Source: a virus
Taxonomy: Duplodnaviria > Caudoviricetes
IMG/VR virus record: IMGVR_UViG_3300035093_000006
Coordinates: 1 to 59,771 of that record
Strand: one strand, 5' to 3'
Length of the DNA: 59,771 nt
Below, piece after piece: positions 17,864 to 26,565 of this stretch. The notes under the pieces were generated by a model. It was not told where the DNA came from, ran no database searches, and saw only the letters and a program-made list of their open reading frames with translations. Each line of letters begins with the position of its first letter. Positions within the stretch are counted from its first letter, which is position 1. A program made the position numbers and the translations under genes.

Positions 17864-18586
17864 GTGAGCGACATCGCGGTTGTACGGGAGACGTTCGCCG
17901 ACGACGACCAGCGGTGGCTTGGTTCCGCCCACGGCGTCGAGAACGGCCGGACGATCACGCTGGACGGCTCCACGTTCACCGGCGTGTGGACTGACGGGCG
18001 CGTCCCCTCGGGGGTCTGCCTCGGCAAGATCACCGCGGCCGGCGCAGATCAGGGCAAGTACGGGCTCTACGACTCGGGCTCCAGCGAGGTCCAGTCGATC
18101 ATCGCGACGGGCGGCACCGTCGGTACGTTCACGATCACTGTCGCGGGTGAGACCACCGCCGCGATCGAGTTCGACGCCACCGCCGCCGAGGTCCAGGCCG
18201 CGCTCGAAGCTCTCTCGAACGTCAACGTGGGAGACATCGTCGTCGCGGGCGGTCCGCTCCCGGAAACCGCGGTCACGCTGACCTACCAGGGCCAGTTCGC
18301 TGGCGAGAACGTTCCCGCCGCGACGATCGCCGACTCGATCACCAACGGCAGCGCGACGCTCACCACCACGACCGAAGGCGCCGCGGGCGCGGCGACGAAC
18401 GGCCTGGAGACGTTCGTCGGTCACCTGCTCACCCCGGCCCGGGTCATCAACTCGGCCGCGGCCACCCACGACGTGACGGGCGCTCTCTTCCTGCACGGCA
18501 CCGTCGTCGAGTCGTTCCTGCCGACCGGCCACGGCCTCGACGCCGCAGCCAAGGAAGACGCCAAGGGCCGGATCATCTACCTCTAG
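17864..18586 (+). CDS. Head decoration protein with inserted EVQ...VQAALEAL domain
   Basis: DQRWLGSAHG..TITLD..PSG..LGKITA..KYG.YD..[insert]..G.L..GAL..HG.V....LP; between scaffold and capsid. Confidence 0.8.
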   Translation: MSDIAVVRETFADDDQRWLGSAHGVENGRTITLDGSTFTGVWTDGRVPSGVCLGKITAAGADQGKYGLYDSGSSEVQSIIATGGTVGTFTITVAGETTAAIEFDATAAEVQAALEALSNVNVGDIVVAGGPLPETAVTLTYQGQFAGENVPAATIADSITNGSATLTTTTEGAAGAATNGLETFVGHLLTPARVINSAAATHDVTGALFLHGTVVESFLPTGHGLDAAAKEDAKGRIIYL

Positions 18587-18630
18587 GCCACTAGGCCAGA
18601 GGCGCGCGAACCCATCAAGGAGACTGAGCG

Positions 18631-19677
18631 GTGACAGCACAAAACACGGAGATCGTGGACACCGTCGAACTGACGGGTTACGTGCGCAACCTTCCCTTCG
18701 ACGACCACATCCTGTCCCGCTTCCTTCCCCCCAAGCAGGTCGAAGGACTCGATTTCAAGTTCGCGGTCGGTGGGCTCACCGACGTGGACTCGGCCCAGTA
18801 CCGGGCACTCGACGCCGAGCTGCCCCTGGGTCGGCGCCCGGGTGTGGCGCGGGTGAAGGGCCAGCTCCTGCCGCTCGGCGAGAAGTACCTCGTCGGCGAG
18901 GAGCTCGCGCTGCGCCTCGACGAGATCCGCGAGGGCGACAACGCCGCGCTCGTCTCCCAGATCTACGACGACGCCGCGACGGGGACGCGCAACATCCAGA
19001 ACCGGCTCGAGCACTGCCGGGCCGAGCTGATGGACACCGGGAAGGTGACGATCACCGAGAACGGGATCGTCGGCGCCGAAGCCGACTACGGCCGCGACGT
19101 GAGCCTCGACGACGTGCTCACCGGCACCGAGCTGTGGTCGGACCTGGACGACTCGGACCCGATCACGAACATGCTGACGTGGGTGGACACCTACACGGAC
19201 ATCAACGGTGTTCCGCCGGGCGCGATCGCGATGGGCCGCACGGTGCGCTCCACGCTGCTGCGCAACGACGCGGTGAAGGCTGCGATCCTCTCGGTGTTCG
19301 GCGTGAACACGACGATCGCGACCCAGGGCCAGCTCGCCGGGGTGCTCGACGGGTTCGGGCTCCCCCCGATCCTGCCGATGGACCAGCGCGCCGGCCTCGG
19401 TGGGACGCGCACCCGCATCCTGCCCGAGCACCGGGTGTGGATGCTCCCGCCCGCCTCCGAGGTCTCGAAGCTGGGCGCGACGCTCTGGTCGACGACGATC
19501 GAGTCGTTGCGCCTGGTCCGCACCTACCGCATCGTTCGGAGTGAGGCGCCGGGCATCGTCGCGATGGCTCACGAGGAGTTCGACTCGGGTCAGTCGTGGA
19601 CGAAGGTCTCCGCGTTGGCGATCCCCGCGATGGCGAACCCGAACCTCGTTTCCACCGCGACGGTCCTCACCCCGTAA
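18631..19677 (+). CDS. Major capsid protein (lambda gpE-like HK97 fold)
   Basis: 348 aa; LSRFLP..A.YRA.DAE, I.NRLE..R.E.M.TGK.TI.ENG..DYG, WSD..DPI motifs. Confidence 0.9.
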   Translation: MTAQNTEIVDTVELTGYVRNLPFDDHILSRFLPPKQVEGLDFKFAVGGLTDVDSAQYRALDAELPLGRRPGVARVKGQLLPLGEKYLVGEELALRLDEIREGDNAALVSQIYDDAATGTRNIQNRLEHCRAELMDTGKVTITENGIVGAEADYGRDVSLDDVLTGTELWSDLDDSDPITNMLTWVDTYTDINGVPPGAIAMGRTVRSTLLRNDAVKAAILSVFGVNTTIATQGQLAGVLDGFGLPPILPMDQRAGLGGTRTRILPEHRVWMLPPASEVSKLGATLWSTTIESLRLVRTYRIVRSEAPGIVAMAHEEFDSGQSWTKVSALAIPAMANPNLVSTATVLTP

Positions 19678-19682
19678 GCCCT

Positions 19683-19728
19683 GAAGCCCTGGCGGCCGTC
19701 GGTTGGTCCCTTCCGGTCGCCGGGCTTC
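19683..19728 (+). terminator. GC-rich stem-loop after the capsid gene (terminator-like, no U tract)
   Basis: GAAGCCC(T)GGCGGCCG / CGGTCGCCGGGCTTC; the 15-nt loop contains GGTCCCTTC. Confidence 0.6.
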
Positions 19729-19746
19729 GGATCGAAGAGGAGACGC

Positions 19747-20034
19747 ATGTCCTGGATTCAGGATCGGATCGACCAGGAGCGCCGGAGCGCCGAACGTCGC
19801 GCGGCCGCGCGTGCGGCACGGTCTGGTCCGGTGGAGGACACCGGCGAGCCGTCATCGGTCGAATCCACCGGGCCGGGATCTCCCGCCGACGCGGCACGGT
19901 TCAACGCCGAGGACTACGACACCGCATTCGACCGCGCCGGGATGGTCGCGCTCGCGAAGGAACGGGGCGTGAAGGCGTCCGGCTCGAAGGCCGCGATCAT
20001 CGAGCGTCTCGTCGAGAACGACGCGCAGGGCTAG
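19747..20034 (+). CDS. Small protein with SAP/HeH-like C-terminal motif
   Basis: MVALAKERGVKASGSKAAIIERLVEND. Confidence 0.7.
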   Translation: MSWIQDRIDQERRSAERRAAARAARSGPVEDTGEPSSVESTGPGSPADAARFNAEDYDTAFDRAGMVALAKERGVKASGSKAAIIERLVENDAQG

Positions 20035-20382
20035 ATGGCCGGCCCGTTCCCGGCCGCGGCTCTCGCGGAGATCCGTTCGTGGGTCGGTCAGACCCCGAGC
20101 GACTCGGACCTCGCGGAACGGTGGCACCGCAACGGCGAGGACGTGCTCGCCACCGCGCGCGAGGTACTGCGCGAACGACTCGCGGACCGGCTCGCGTCGA
20201 CGAGCCCGGCGAAGGGTTCGATCGAAGGCGACGTCTCGTGGGACGACACTGAGTCCCTGAAGGCCCTCGAGCGGAACCTCTCGCGGTTGGGCACGGTGAT
20301 CGACCCGCCCCCCGCTGAAGGCGCGCTACCCGAGATGCTGGTAGGCCAGTTGACCCGCCCCGATCGGAGTAGATCACGATGA
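20035..20382 (+). CDS. Head-tail adaptor-like protein
   Basis: 115 aa helical protein in the adaptor position after the capsid. Confidence 0.6.
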   Translation: MAGPFPAAALAEIRSWVGQTPSDSDLAERWHRNGEDVLATAREVLRERLADRLASTSPAKGSIEGDVSWDDTESLKALERNLSRLGTVIDPPPAEGALPEMLVGQLTRPDRSRSR

Positions 20383-20456
20383 GCGTCTGGACGTTGGTAG
20401 GTGCGGTGCTGCTCGTGATCCTCGTGGTCGTCCTGATCGCGATGTTGGGCGGCTGA
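20379..20456 (+). CDS. 25-aa single-TM peptide
   Basis: MSVWTLVGAVLLVILVVVLIAMLGG; ATGA coupling; GGAG RBS. Confidence 0.6.
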   Translation: MSVWTLVGAVLLVILVVVLIAMLGG

Positions 20457-20536
20457 GTCCCCGGGCGCGGCCCTCCGGTGTGGTCTCCTCCAGGACCCGG
20501 GCACCGGCAGGGCTGGCCCGGTGTCTAGGATGGGTT

Positions 20537-20610
20537 CGCGCGGTGGAGCAGTCTGGCAGCTCGCAGGGCTCATAACCCTGAGGCCGTGGGTTCAAATCCC
20601 ACTCGCGCAA
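20537..20610 (+). tRNA. Initiator tRNA-fMet (CAT), no encoded CCA
   Basis: Full cloverleaf; C1:A72 mismatch; three G:C pairs closing the anticodon stem (CAGGG/CCCTG); anticodon CAT 20571-20573; TTCAAAT T-loop; TAGGAT -10 at 20526. Confidence 0.95.
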
Positions 20611-20712
20611 CGAAGCCCCAGCGGTACAACCATCTCTCCTGATTGCCCCTACTCCGCCCGGTGATCGGTGTGCTGGACCCGCTGGGGCTCGCTCGCGTCG
20701 TAGCCTGACCGC

Positions 20713-22437
20713 GTGCCCCCCGTTGCTGCTCGCGACCGCGTCGCCGACGAACTCGCCCGCACCTACGCGACCGCCTACCAGCGCCTGAAGCGCGAAGAGG
20801 ACTCGCTGCTGAACGAGCCCCTCGCCTGGCGTCGCCGCGCTCGCCTGCGCGAGCTGGAGACCGAGGTGCTCGGGCTGATCGGGCGTCTCGACACCAAAGC
20901 CCGCACCTGGGTAGAAGACCGGCTCCCGACCGTCTGGGCCGCCGGCGCCACCAGCCTCGCGCGCAAGCTCCCTGATCCGGCCGGGTTCACCTGGACGACC
21001 CCCCACGTCGAAGGGCTGCAGCAGGCCGCGGCGACGACCTACGACTACCTGCTGAACGCGACCCGGTACCTGAGCCAGTCCACGAAGGCGCTCGTGCGCT
21101 CGATCGTCCACGAGGAGACCCTCCAGAAGCTCGTCAGCGGCGCTACAGCCACCCAGGAGGGCCGGATCATCATGGAACGGCTGGTGGCCGCCAACGGGCT
21201 CTCACGGGTCCCGTACGCCAATGGGGCGATGCACCCGCTCAACGCGTATACACAGATGGTCGCGAGGAGCCAGAGCGCCCTTGCGTACAACTACGGCTCG
21301 ATCGTCCAGGCCGCGGACGAGGGTGTCGCGATGATGGAGGTGCTCGACGGGCCGTCATGCGGCTGGAGCACCCATGCGAGCGGCGAGATCGCCAACGGAA
21401 AGATCGTCACCCTCGCCGAGGCGGCTGAGTTCCCGTTCAGCCACCCCAACTGCGTCCGCGCATTCGCGCCCCGCCCGGACCTCAAGCCGCGACGAAACCG
21501 CCGCGAGTCCGCGGCTGACGTGGCGGAGGCGTCAGCGGCGGGTCAGCGAGCGGTGAGCCCCGCGGGCCGCACGTTCGCGAAGCAGGTCTCCCTTTCACCG
21601 CGGGAACGGATGCTGGCGAAGCGTTCGGAACGGGTGGCAGGGAAGGTGCCACGACGCGCGCCGGCACCACGGGCACCCGAGCCGCCACCGGAACCGAAGT
21701 GGCGTGACGTGAAGAACGCGAAGCAGGCCGAGGCCCAACTGGCGGAGAGGTTCGGCGAGATCGACGGGACCGGGAAGTGGAAGGCCGGAGTCAGCCGCCG
21801 GTTCGGCCTCGATGGGATGAGTGGCACCGTCGCGAACAAGGTGGGCAAGGCGGTCGCGGATCTGATCGAAGCGCACCCGAAGACCGCGGCCGACATTCGT
21901 GGCATCGGTTCGTCCACGTCGATGAACCGCCATCTCGGTCCGCTGGCGAAGCGGATGGGACCTAACCACATCGGGGACGCCTCGGGGGGCCTCGGTACCA
22001 TTCGGCTGAACTCGTCATGGTTCAAGGGCGATGGATCGAAGCTGGCAAACCAGCTCGCCAAGGACGTGGCGCCCGATGCCGACGGGGTGACCTGGCACCC
22101 GCGTGGGACCGGGGATATCACGTCCATCGTCAACCACGAGTTCGGCCACTTCATCGACTTCCGGGCTACGCAAAACGGTGGCGGCGCGTACACCGCCAAG
22201 ATTCAGAAGATCCTTCGGGACCCCGCAATGGGGAAGCGGGACCTCAAGGACGTGATGAATGCTGCCCCTGAGCCGAACGTGGACCTCGGCGTAGAGTTGT
22301 CCCGGTACGCGAAGACCAACTACAAGGAACTGATGGCCGAGGCCACTGCGGAGGTCTTGACCAGCGCCAACCCTCGGCCGCTCGCGAAGGCGCTCTACGA
22401 ACTGGCACTTGACTACTCGGAACGGTGGACCGGATGA
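20713..22437 (+). CDS. MuF/minor capsid protein with C-terminal zincin-like metallopeptidase (toxin-like) domain
   Basis: Y..MVARS..AYN.G..C..HPNC.R.F.P (MuF-type), then HEFGH ... SRYAKTNYKELMAEA; leaderless GTG after TAGCCT. Confidence 0.8.
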   Translation: MPPVAARDRVADELARTYATAYQRLKREEDSLLNEPLAWRRRARLRELETEVLGLIGRLDTKARTWVEDRLPTVWAAGATSLARKLPDPAGFTWTTPHVEGLQQAAATTYDYLLNATRYLSQSTKALVRSIVHEETLQKLVSGATATQEGRIIMERLVAANGLSRVPYANGAMHPLNAYTQMVARSQSALAYNYGSIVQAADEGVAMMEVLDGPSCGWSTHASGEIANGKIVTLAEAAEFPFSHPNCVRAFAPRPDLKPRRNRRESAADVAEASAAGQRAVSPAGRTFAKQVSLSPRERMLAKRSERVAGKVPRRAPAPRAPEPPPEPKWRDVKNAKQAEAQLAERFGEIDGTGKWKAGVSRRFGLDGMSGTVANKVGKAVADLIEAHPKTAADIRGIGSSTSMNRHLGPLAKRMGPNHIGDASGGLGTIRLNSSWFKGDGSKLANQLAKDVAPDADGVTWHPRGTGDITSIVNHEFGHFIDFRATQNGGGAYTAKIQKILRDPAMGKRDLKDVMNAAPEPNVDLGVELSRYAKTNYKELMAEATAEVLTSANPRPLAKALYELALDYSERWTG

Positions 22438-22658
22438 AGGATCAACCGCCCCCCATCTGTATCGCCTGCGCGCACATCCAGACCGACGACTTCGGGATCA
22501 TCACGGGCTGCGAGGCGTTCCCGGACGGCATCCCGGACGCGATCTACGTGGAGGGTTTCGACCACCGTGAGCCGTACCCCGGCGATGGTGGCATCCGGTT
22601 CGAGCTGGAGTCGGAGACGGCACTGGAGCGGTACGAGGCGACGCGAGCAGGGTCCTAG
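22434..22658 (+). CDS. Small Cys-rich partner of the MuF toxin (candidate immunity protein)
   Basis: CIACAH..CEAFPDGIP..I....DH..PYPGDGGIRFE; coupled to the MuF stop. Confidence 0.7.
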   Translation: MKDQPPPICIACAHIQTDDFGIITGCEAFPDGIPDAIYVEGFDHREPYPGDGGIRFELESETALERYEATRAGS

Positions 22659-22672
22659 CCGCGCGTTGATCG

Positions 22673-22689
22673 GTACCGTATAGTGGTAC
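22673..22689 (+). promoter_or_regulatory. Palindromic operator/promoter, copy 5 (GTACCGTATAGTGGTAC)
   Basis: Consensus match; GAAGGGACC RBS at 22699. Confidence 0.8.
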
Positions 22690-22714
22690 GACCACGACGA
22701 AGGGACCGCCTGCG

Positions 22715-22936
22715 ATGGAGATGACCGACACCGTGCGGAACGTCGGAGAACTTCGGGCTGCGCTCGATGGCATTGACGACCTCGTGCCGATCTGCCTCGG
22801 CCCGCTGGTACACCCCGGCGAAGCCCACGACCAGCGATCCCGAGGCGTCCACCCGCGCGACGACATGCACCTGCACCTTTCCAACGCCCACGGCGAGATC
22901 ATCGTGATGGGCGTTTCTCGCTGGTGGGACGCGTAG
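22715..22936 (+). CDS. Hypothetical moron-type protein
   Basis: VRNVGELRAALDGIDDLVPI; downstream of operator 5. Confidence 0.6.
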   Translation: MEMTDTVRNVGELRAALDGIDDLVPICLGPLVHPGEAHDQRSRGVHPRDDMHLHLSNAHGEIIVMGVSRWWDA

Positions 22937-22947
22937 CCTTGTCCTCC

Positions 22948-23283
22948 GTGGAGATCACCCCCGAACTACGCGCCGCGATCCGCGAAGAGATCGCGAACGT
23001 GGTGATGCCGAGCGTGCGCGGTGTCGGTGGCGCCGCGTCCTTCCCCGGCCCGATGGGTGGCGGCCAAGGCGCGCTCATGGTCCTTCCGCCCGGTGGTATC
23101 GGACCGTGGCCCGAGCCGACCGAGTGGTGGGTCGAAGCCGCCGCGTTCCTCGCGTCCCTTGATCCCGAAGAGGTCGAACGCGAAGCCCTGATGGTCGCGG
23201 ACCTGTCGCTGGGTGGGACGCGGGCGATCCTCGGTTACTTGGTGGGGCTGCTGCAGGGGCAGCGCGAGGCGGTGGGGGCGTGA
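22948..23283 (+). CDS. Hypothetical protein
   Basis: GTG shortly after a TAGCCT -10. Confidence 0.55.
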   Translation: MEITPELRAAIREEIANVVMPSVRGVGGAASFPGPMGGGQGALMVLPPGGIGPWPEPTEWWVEAAAFLASLDPEEVEREALMVADLSLGGTRAILGYLVGLLQGQREAVGA

Positions 23284-24275
23284 GCGTCAACGTCCGCACC
23301 TACGGAGTCAAAGGCGACGGGATCACCGACGACACGGTCGCGCTGCAGAAGGCGCTGCTCGGTTCAGGCTCCGGCAACCGCCGCGACGTGATCGCGACCA
23401 AGGGCGACTACCTCGTGTCCGCGCCGATCCAGGTCGGGCCGGCCACCGCGTTCATCGGCGAAGGTGGTCCGGGGACGAACGCGTGCGTGAAGATCATCGC
23501 CAAGGCCGACGTACCGTGGCCCGCGCATCGTGGGGTGCTCGAGACTTCCAACTACAACGACTTTTCGGGTACGGCCCCGTTCGCGCACGGCACCCGGTTC
23601 GAGGGCATCCAGATCGACTGCCAGGACCGCAAGTCCCCGACCCGCCCGGAGTACGGGCTGGTGTTCTGGGCGGGTGGCGAGCAGTCGTTGATCCGGCGGG
23701 TGAGCGCTCACAACTTCCGCACCGCGGCCATCTTCTGTCCCGGCTCCCATGCGGTGCTCCAGATCGAAGACAGCTCGGGCTGGCAGTCCGACGGCTACGG
23801 GCTCAAGTTCGCGCGTCACCCTGACCCGGCCATGCCTCAGGGCACCCAGGCCCGCGGCGACGCGCGCTCCGGCTCGGTGCGGATCTTCGGGTTCTCCGGC
23901 GACGCGAACAAGCAGGGACTCGTGTACGCGGACGGCGCGGGCGTGTACGAGGCAGCGGGGCTGAAGAGTGAGTACAACAACCCGATGGTCCACATCGCGG
24001 GCGAGGGACGGAGCGGCCCGCGCCAACGGTGGAGCATCACCGGTTACCGGTCCCAGCAGTCGGGGATGCCGGGTGCTCACGATCTCGTCCGCGTCACCGG
24101 CTCGGCGCGCCCCCAGGTCCACATCGGCGCCGGTGCCGCGTACTTCTGCGACCAGCTCATCGAGTGTGTGTCCGACCCGACCTTGAGTGTGCGTGATACT
24201 CACGACGGCAACTTCGTGTTCTGGGACCCCGAGTCCGACATGCACGTACTCACCAAGAACGTGAGGCTGCCGTGA
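23280..24275 (+). CDS. Pectate_lyase_3-like beta-helix protein
   Basis: VNVRTYGVKGDGITDDTVALQKAL...GDYLVSAPI. Confidence 0.85.
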   Translation: MSVNVRTYGVKGDGITDDTVALQKALLGSGSGNRRDVIATKGDYLVSAPIQVGPATAFIGEGGPGTNACVKIIAKADVPWPAHRGVLETSNYNDFSGTAPFAHGTRFEGIQIDCQDRKSPTRPEYGLVFWAGGEQSLIRRVSAHNFRTAAIFCPGSHAVLQIEDSSGWQSDGYGLKFARHPDPAMPQGTQARGDARSGSVRIFGFSGDANKQGLVYADGAGVYEAAGLKSEYNNPMVHIAGEGRSGPRQRWSITGYRSQQSGMPGAHDLVRVTGSARPQVHIGAGAAYFCDQLIECVSDPTLSVRDTHDGNFVFWDPESDMHVLTKNVRLP

Positions 24276-24673
24276 AGCCCGACCTGGCCCGCGTCCGCGC
24301 GATGGTCGCCGAGCACACCAACGCGACCGTCCACGTCGAAACCCGCGACCGCGGGACCGGCACAGTGAACCCGACCACCCTGGAGCTCGACCCCGACGTG
24401 ACCCCCGCCTGGGACGGGCGGGTGCTGATCTCCACCGGCCTGCGCCCCGCCCTGGACGACACCGCGGGCCTGGTGAGCGCCGAGCAGCGCGCGACGGTCC
24501 GCTTTCCGATCGGCCCGGTGTTCGCGATCGGCCAGTGGGTGATCGTCACCGCGCACGACTCCGACCCCGACCTGGTCGCGAACGAGTACCAGATCGAAGC
24601 ACTGGATCACCGGACCTACCGGTCATCGCAGATGCTGACCTGTTGCGAGCAGCTCCCGAAGGTGGCCCCGTGA
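24272..24673 (+). CDS. Head-closure/stopper-like protein (DUF6093-like)
   Basis: WDGRV.., VRFPI..GQWVIVTA..DPDLV..YQI pattern; gene position. Confidence 0.65.
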   Translation: MKPDLARVRAMVAEHTNATVHVETRDRGTGTVNPTTLELDPDVTPAWDGRVLISTGLRPALDDTAGLVSAEQRATVRFPIGPVFAIGQWVIVTAHDSDPDLVANEYQIEALDHRTYRSSQMLTCCEQLPKVAP

Positions 24674-24692
24674 TCTCGGTCAGGGGAATCTG

Positions 24693-25163
24693 ATGGCTGG
24701 TCCCGGCCGGTTGCTGGACAACATCGACCTCATGCCGCACCGCTTCTGGCTTCAGGTCGAGTCGGGCAAGGGTGATGACGAGTGCTGGCTCTGGGAAGGG
24801 TGTATTCAGCAGGGCTACGGCCGGGTTCGCGGCAGCCTCGGGGGAAGGGTTGAGCAGGCGCACCGCGTCGCCTACGAGCTGGAGGTCGGCCCGATTCCTG
24901 ACGGGCTGGACCTCGACCACACCTGCCACAACGACACGGAATGCCCAGGCGGGTTCTCGTGCTTGCACCGTCGCTGTGTGAACCCGGCGCACCTGGAGCC
25001 GGTGACGCGCGTCGAGAACGTCTACAGGTCCCATGTCTCACCCGGAGGCGTGAACGCCCGGAAGACCCACTGCATCCACGGCCACCCGTTTGACGAGGCG
25101 AACACGATTGAGCGGCCACGAGGCCATCGAGGGTGTCGGACGTGCAAGGAACTGAGCAGATGA
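24693..25163 (+). CDS. HNH homing endonuclease
   Basis: RFW..CWLW.G..GYG..AHRVAYE..GPIPDGL.LDH.C..HRRCVNPAHLEPVT..EN..KTHCIHGHPF..CRTC. Confidence 0.9.
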   Translation: MAGPGRLLDNIDLMPHRFWLQVESGKGDDECWLWEGCIQQGYGRVRGSLGGRVEQAHRVAYELEVGPIPDGLDLDHTCHNDTECPGGFSCLHRRCVNPAHLEPVTRVENVYRSHVSPGGVNARKTHCIHGHPFDEANTIERPRGHRGCRTCKELSR

Positions 25164-25597
25164 TCGGCGTCAGGCTCAGCGCCCCCGGCGTGAGCCGCCT
25201 CGCCATCCAGCTCAACCGCGCGCCGATCTCATCGGGTGTGAAGATGCGCAGCCTGGTGACGCACTGGACGGCGATGATGGAGTTGAACGCCAAGAAGCGC
25301 GCGCGGGCCCTGTTTGCTCAAGGTGTGACGGCGGGTGGGCACCCGCTCTCCCGCCCACACACGGGTGACTACATCAGGTCAATCGGTCGAGAGGTGACGA
25401 GTGGGGGGATAGGCCGAGCCGAGGGGCGGGTCTGGACGAACCTCGACCAGAACTACCGGCTCGAGTTTGGATTCGTCGGCAAGGACTCGCTCGGCCGGAA
25501 CTACAACCAGCCGCCGTATCCCCACATGCGGCCGGCAGCGGACGAGATCGAACCCGAGTTCTTCGCGGCGGCCGCGGCAGCGTTCGGGGACCTGTGA
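25160..25597 (+). CDS. HK97 gp10-like neck/tail completion protein
   Basis: TGDYIRSI..RLEFGF.GKDSLGRNYNQPPYPHMRPA. Confidence 0.8.
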   Translation: MIGVRLSAPGVSRLAIQLNRAPISSGVKMRSLVTHWTAMMELNAKKRARALFAQGVTAGGHPLSRPHTGDYIRSIGREVTSGGIGRAEGRVWTNLDQNYRLEFGFVGKDSLGRNYNQPPYPHMRPAADEIEPEFFAAAAAAFGDL

Positions 25598-26016
25598 CGC
25601 CACCGAGGGCACCGGAGACGGCCCGCTTCGTCTCCCATCTGGAGACCGTCACCGGCCTGGAAGTGCGCGTGAACGACACACCCAAGGACGTGACCGTGCC
25701 CCTCACGGTCCCGCACCTGGTCGTCTGGTCGCTGCCGTCGAACGAGATTTACGCGGCGATGCTCGGTGACGGGCACTACGGCCACACGTTCTCCTGGGAC
25801 GTCTGGGCGGTTGGCTCGCGCGCCGATCAGTGCGAGATGGCGATGGACAAGGTCGTGACCGCGGTGGTGGGGATGACCGACGGCGCCTTCGACCATCCGT
25901 GGCCCAGCGGGGAGCCTTCGCAGCGCCGCTACCTGGGCACCGGGCCGGGCGGGCAGACCGAGAACCGGTCGCTCGTCTGGTCGAACGGGGAGTTCCAGGT
26001 CGTGATCCTGGGGTAG
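25594..26016 (+). CDS. Tail terminator-like protein
   Basis: 140 aa; P.LVVW.., W.VWAVG.RADQC pattern; position before the tail tube. Confidence 0.6.
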   Translation: MTPPRAPETARFVSHLETVTGLEVRVNDTPKDVTVPLTVPHLVVWSLPSNEIYAAMLGDGHYGHTFSWDVWAVGSRADQCEMAMDKVVTAVVGMTDGAFDHPWPSGEPSQRRYLGTGPGGQTENRSLVWSNGEFQVVILG

Positions 26017-26045
26017 TTGTCCCACCCGCTGCGTATGGTCAGCAG

Positions 26046-26561
26046 ATGCCCCTTGGGATCATCAGGCGAGAGCCCAACGAAAAGTTGATGCCCGCCCGCT
26101 TCTGGTTCAACGTCGCCCCCGGCCGGACCGATGACGAGTGCTGGCCGTGGGAAGGCACGATCGAGTCGCATGGGTACGGGCGGATCAAACTCCACAGCCG
26201 CGGCCACATGGTTCACCGTGTCGCCTACGAGCTTGAGGTCGGACCGATCCCCGATGGCCTGACGGTCGACCATGAGTGTCACAACGTGGACCCGACCTGC
26301 TCAGGCGGTCCGACGTGCTTACATCGCCGCTGCGTCAACCCCGCTCACCTGGTGGCGCGCACCACGGCAGAGAACACCCTTCGGTCTCCGACTAACACTG
26401 CGACGATCAACGGGCTGAAGACGCACTGTTTGCGGGGCCACCCTTTCGAGGGCGACAACCTCTATATCGTGCCGTCGACCGGGCAGCGGGCTTGCCGAAC
26501 GTGTCATAGGGGTTGGCACCAAGACTGGAAGGCCCGTCACCGAGTGACGATGCTCGGCTAG
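26046..26561 (+). CDS. HNH homing endonuclease
   Basis: Paralog of 24693; TATGGT ends 6 nt before the ATG (leaderless). Confidence 0.9.
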   Translation: MPLGIIRREPNEKLMPARFWFNVAPGRTDDECWPWEGTIESHGYGRIKLHSRGHMVHRVAYELEVGPIPDGLTVDHECHNVDPTCSGGPTCLHRRCVNPAHLVARTTAENTLRSPTNTATINGLKTHCLRGHPFEGDNLYIVPSTGQRACRTCHRGWHQDWKARHRVTMLG

Positions 26562-26565
26562 AGGG

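Noticed and set aside
20537-20610. tRNA as a prophage attachment site
   Set aside because: There is no second partial copy and no integrase nearby, and the tRNA sits within the structural module with its own -10.
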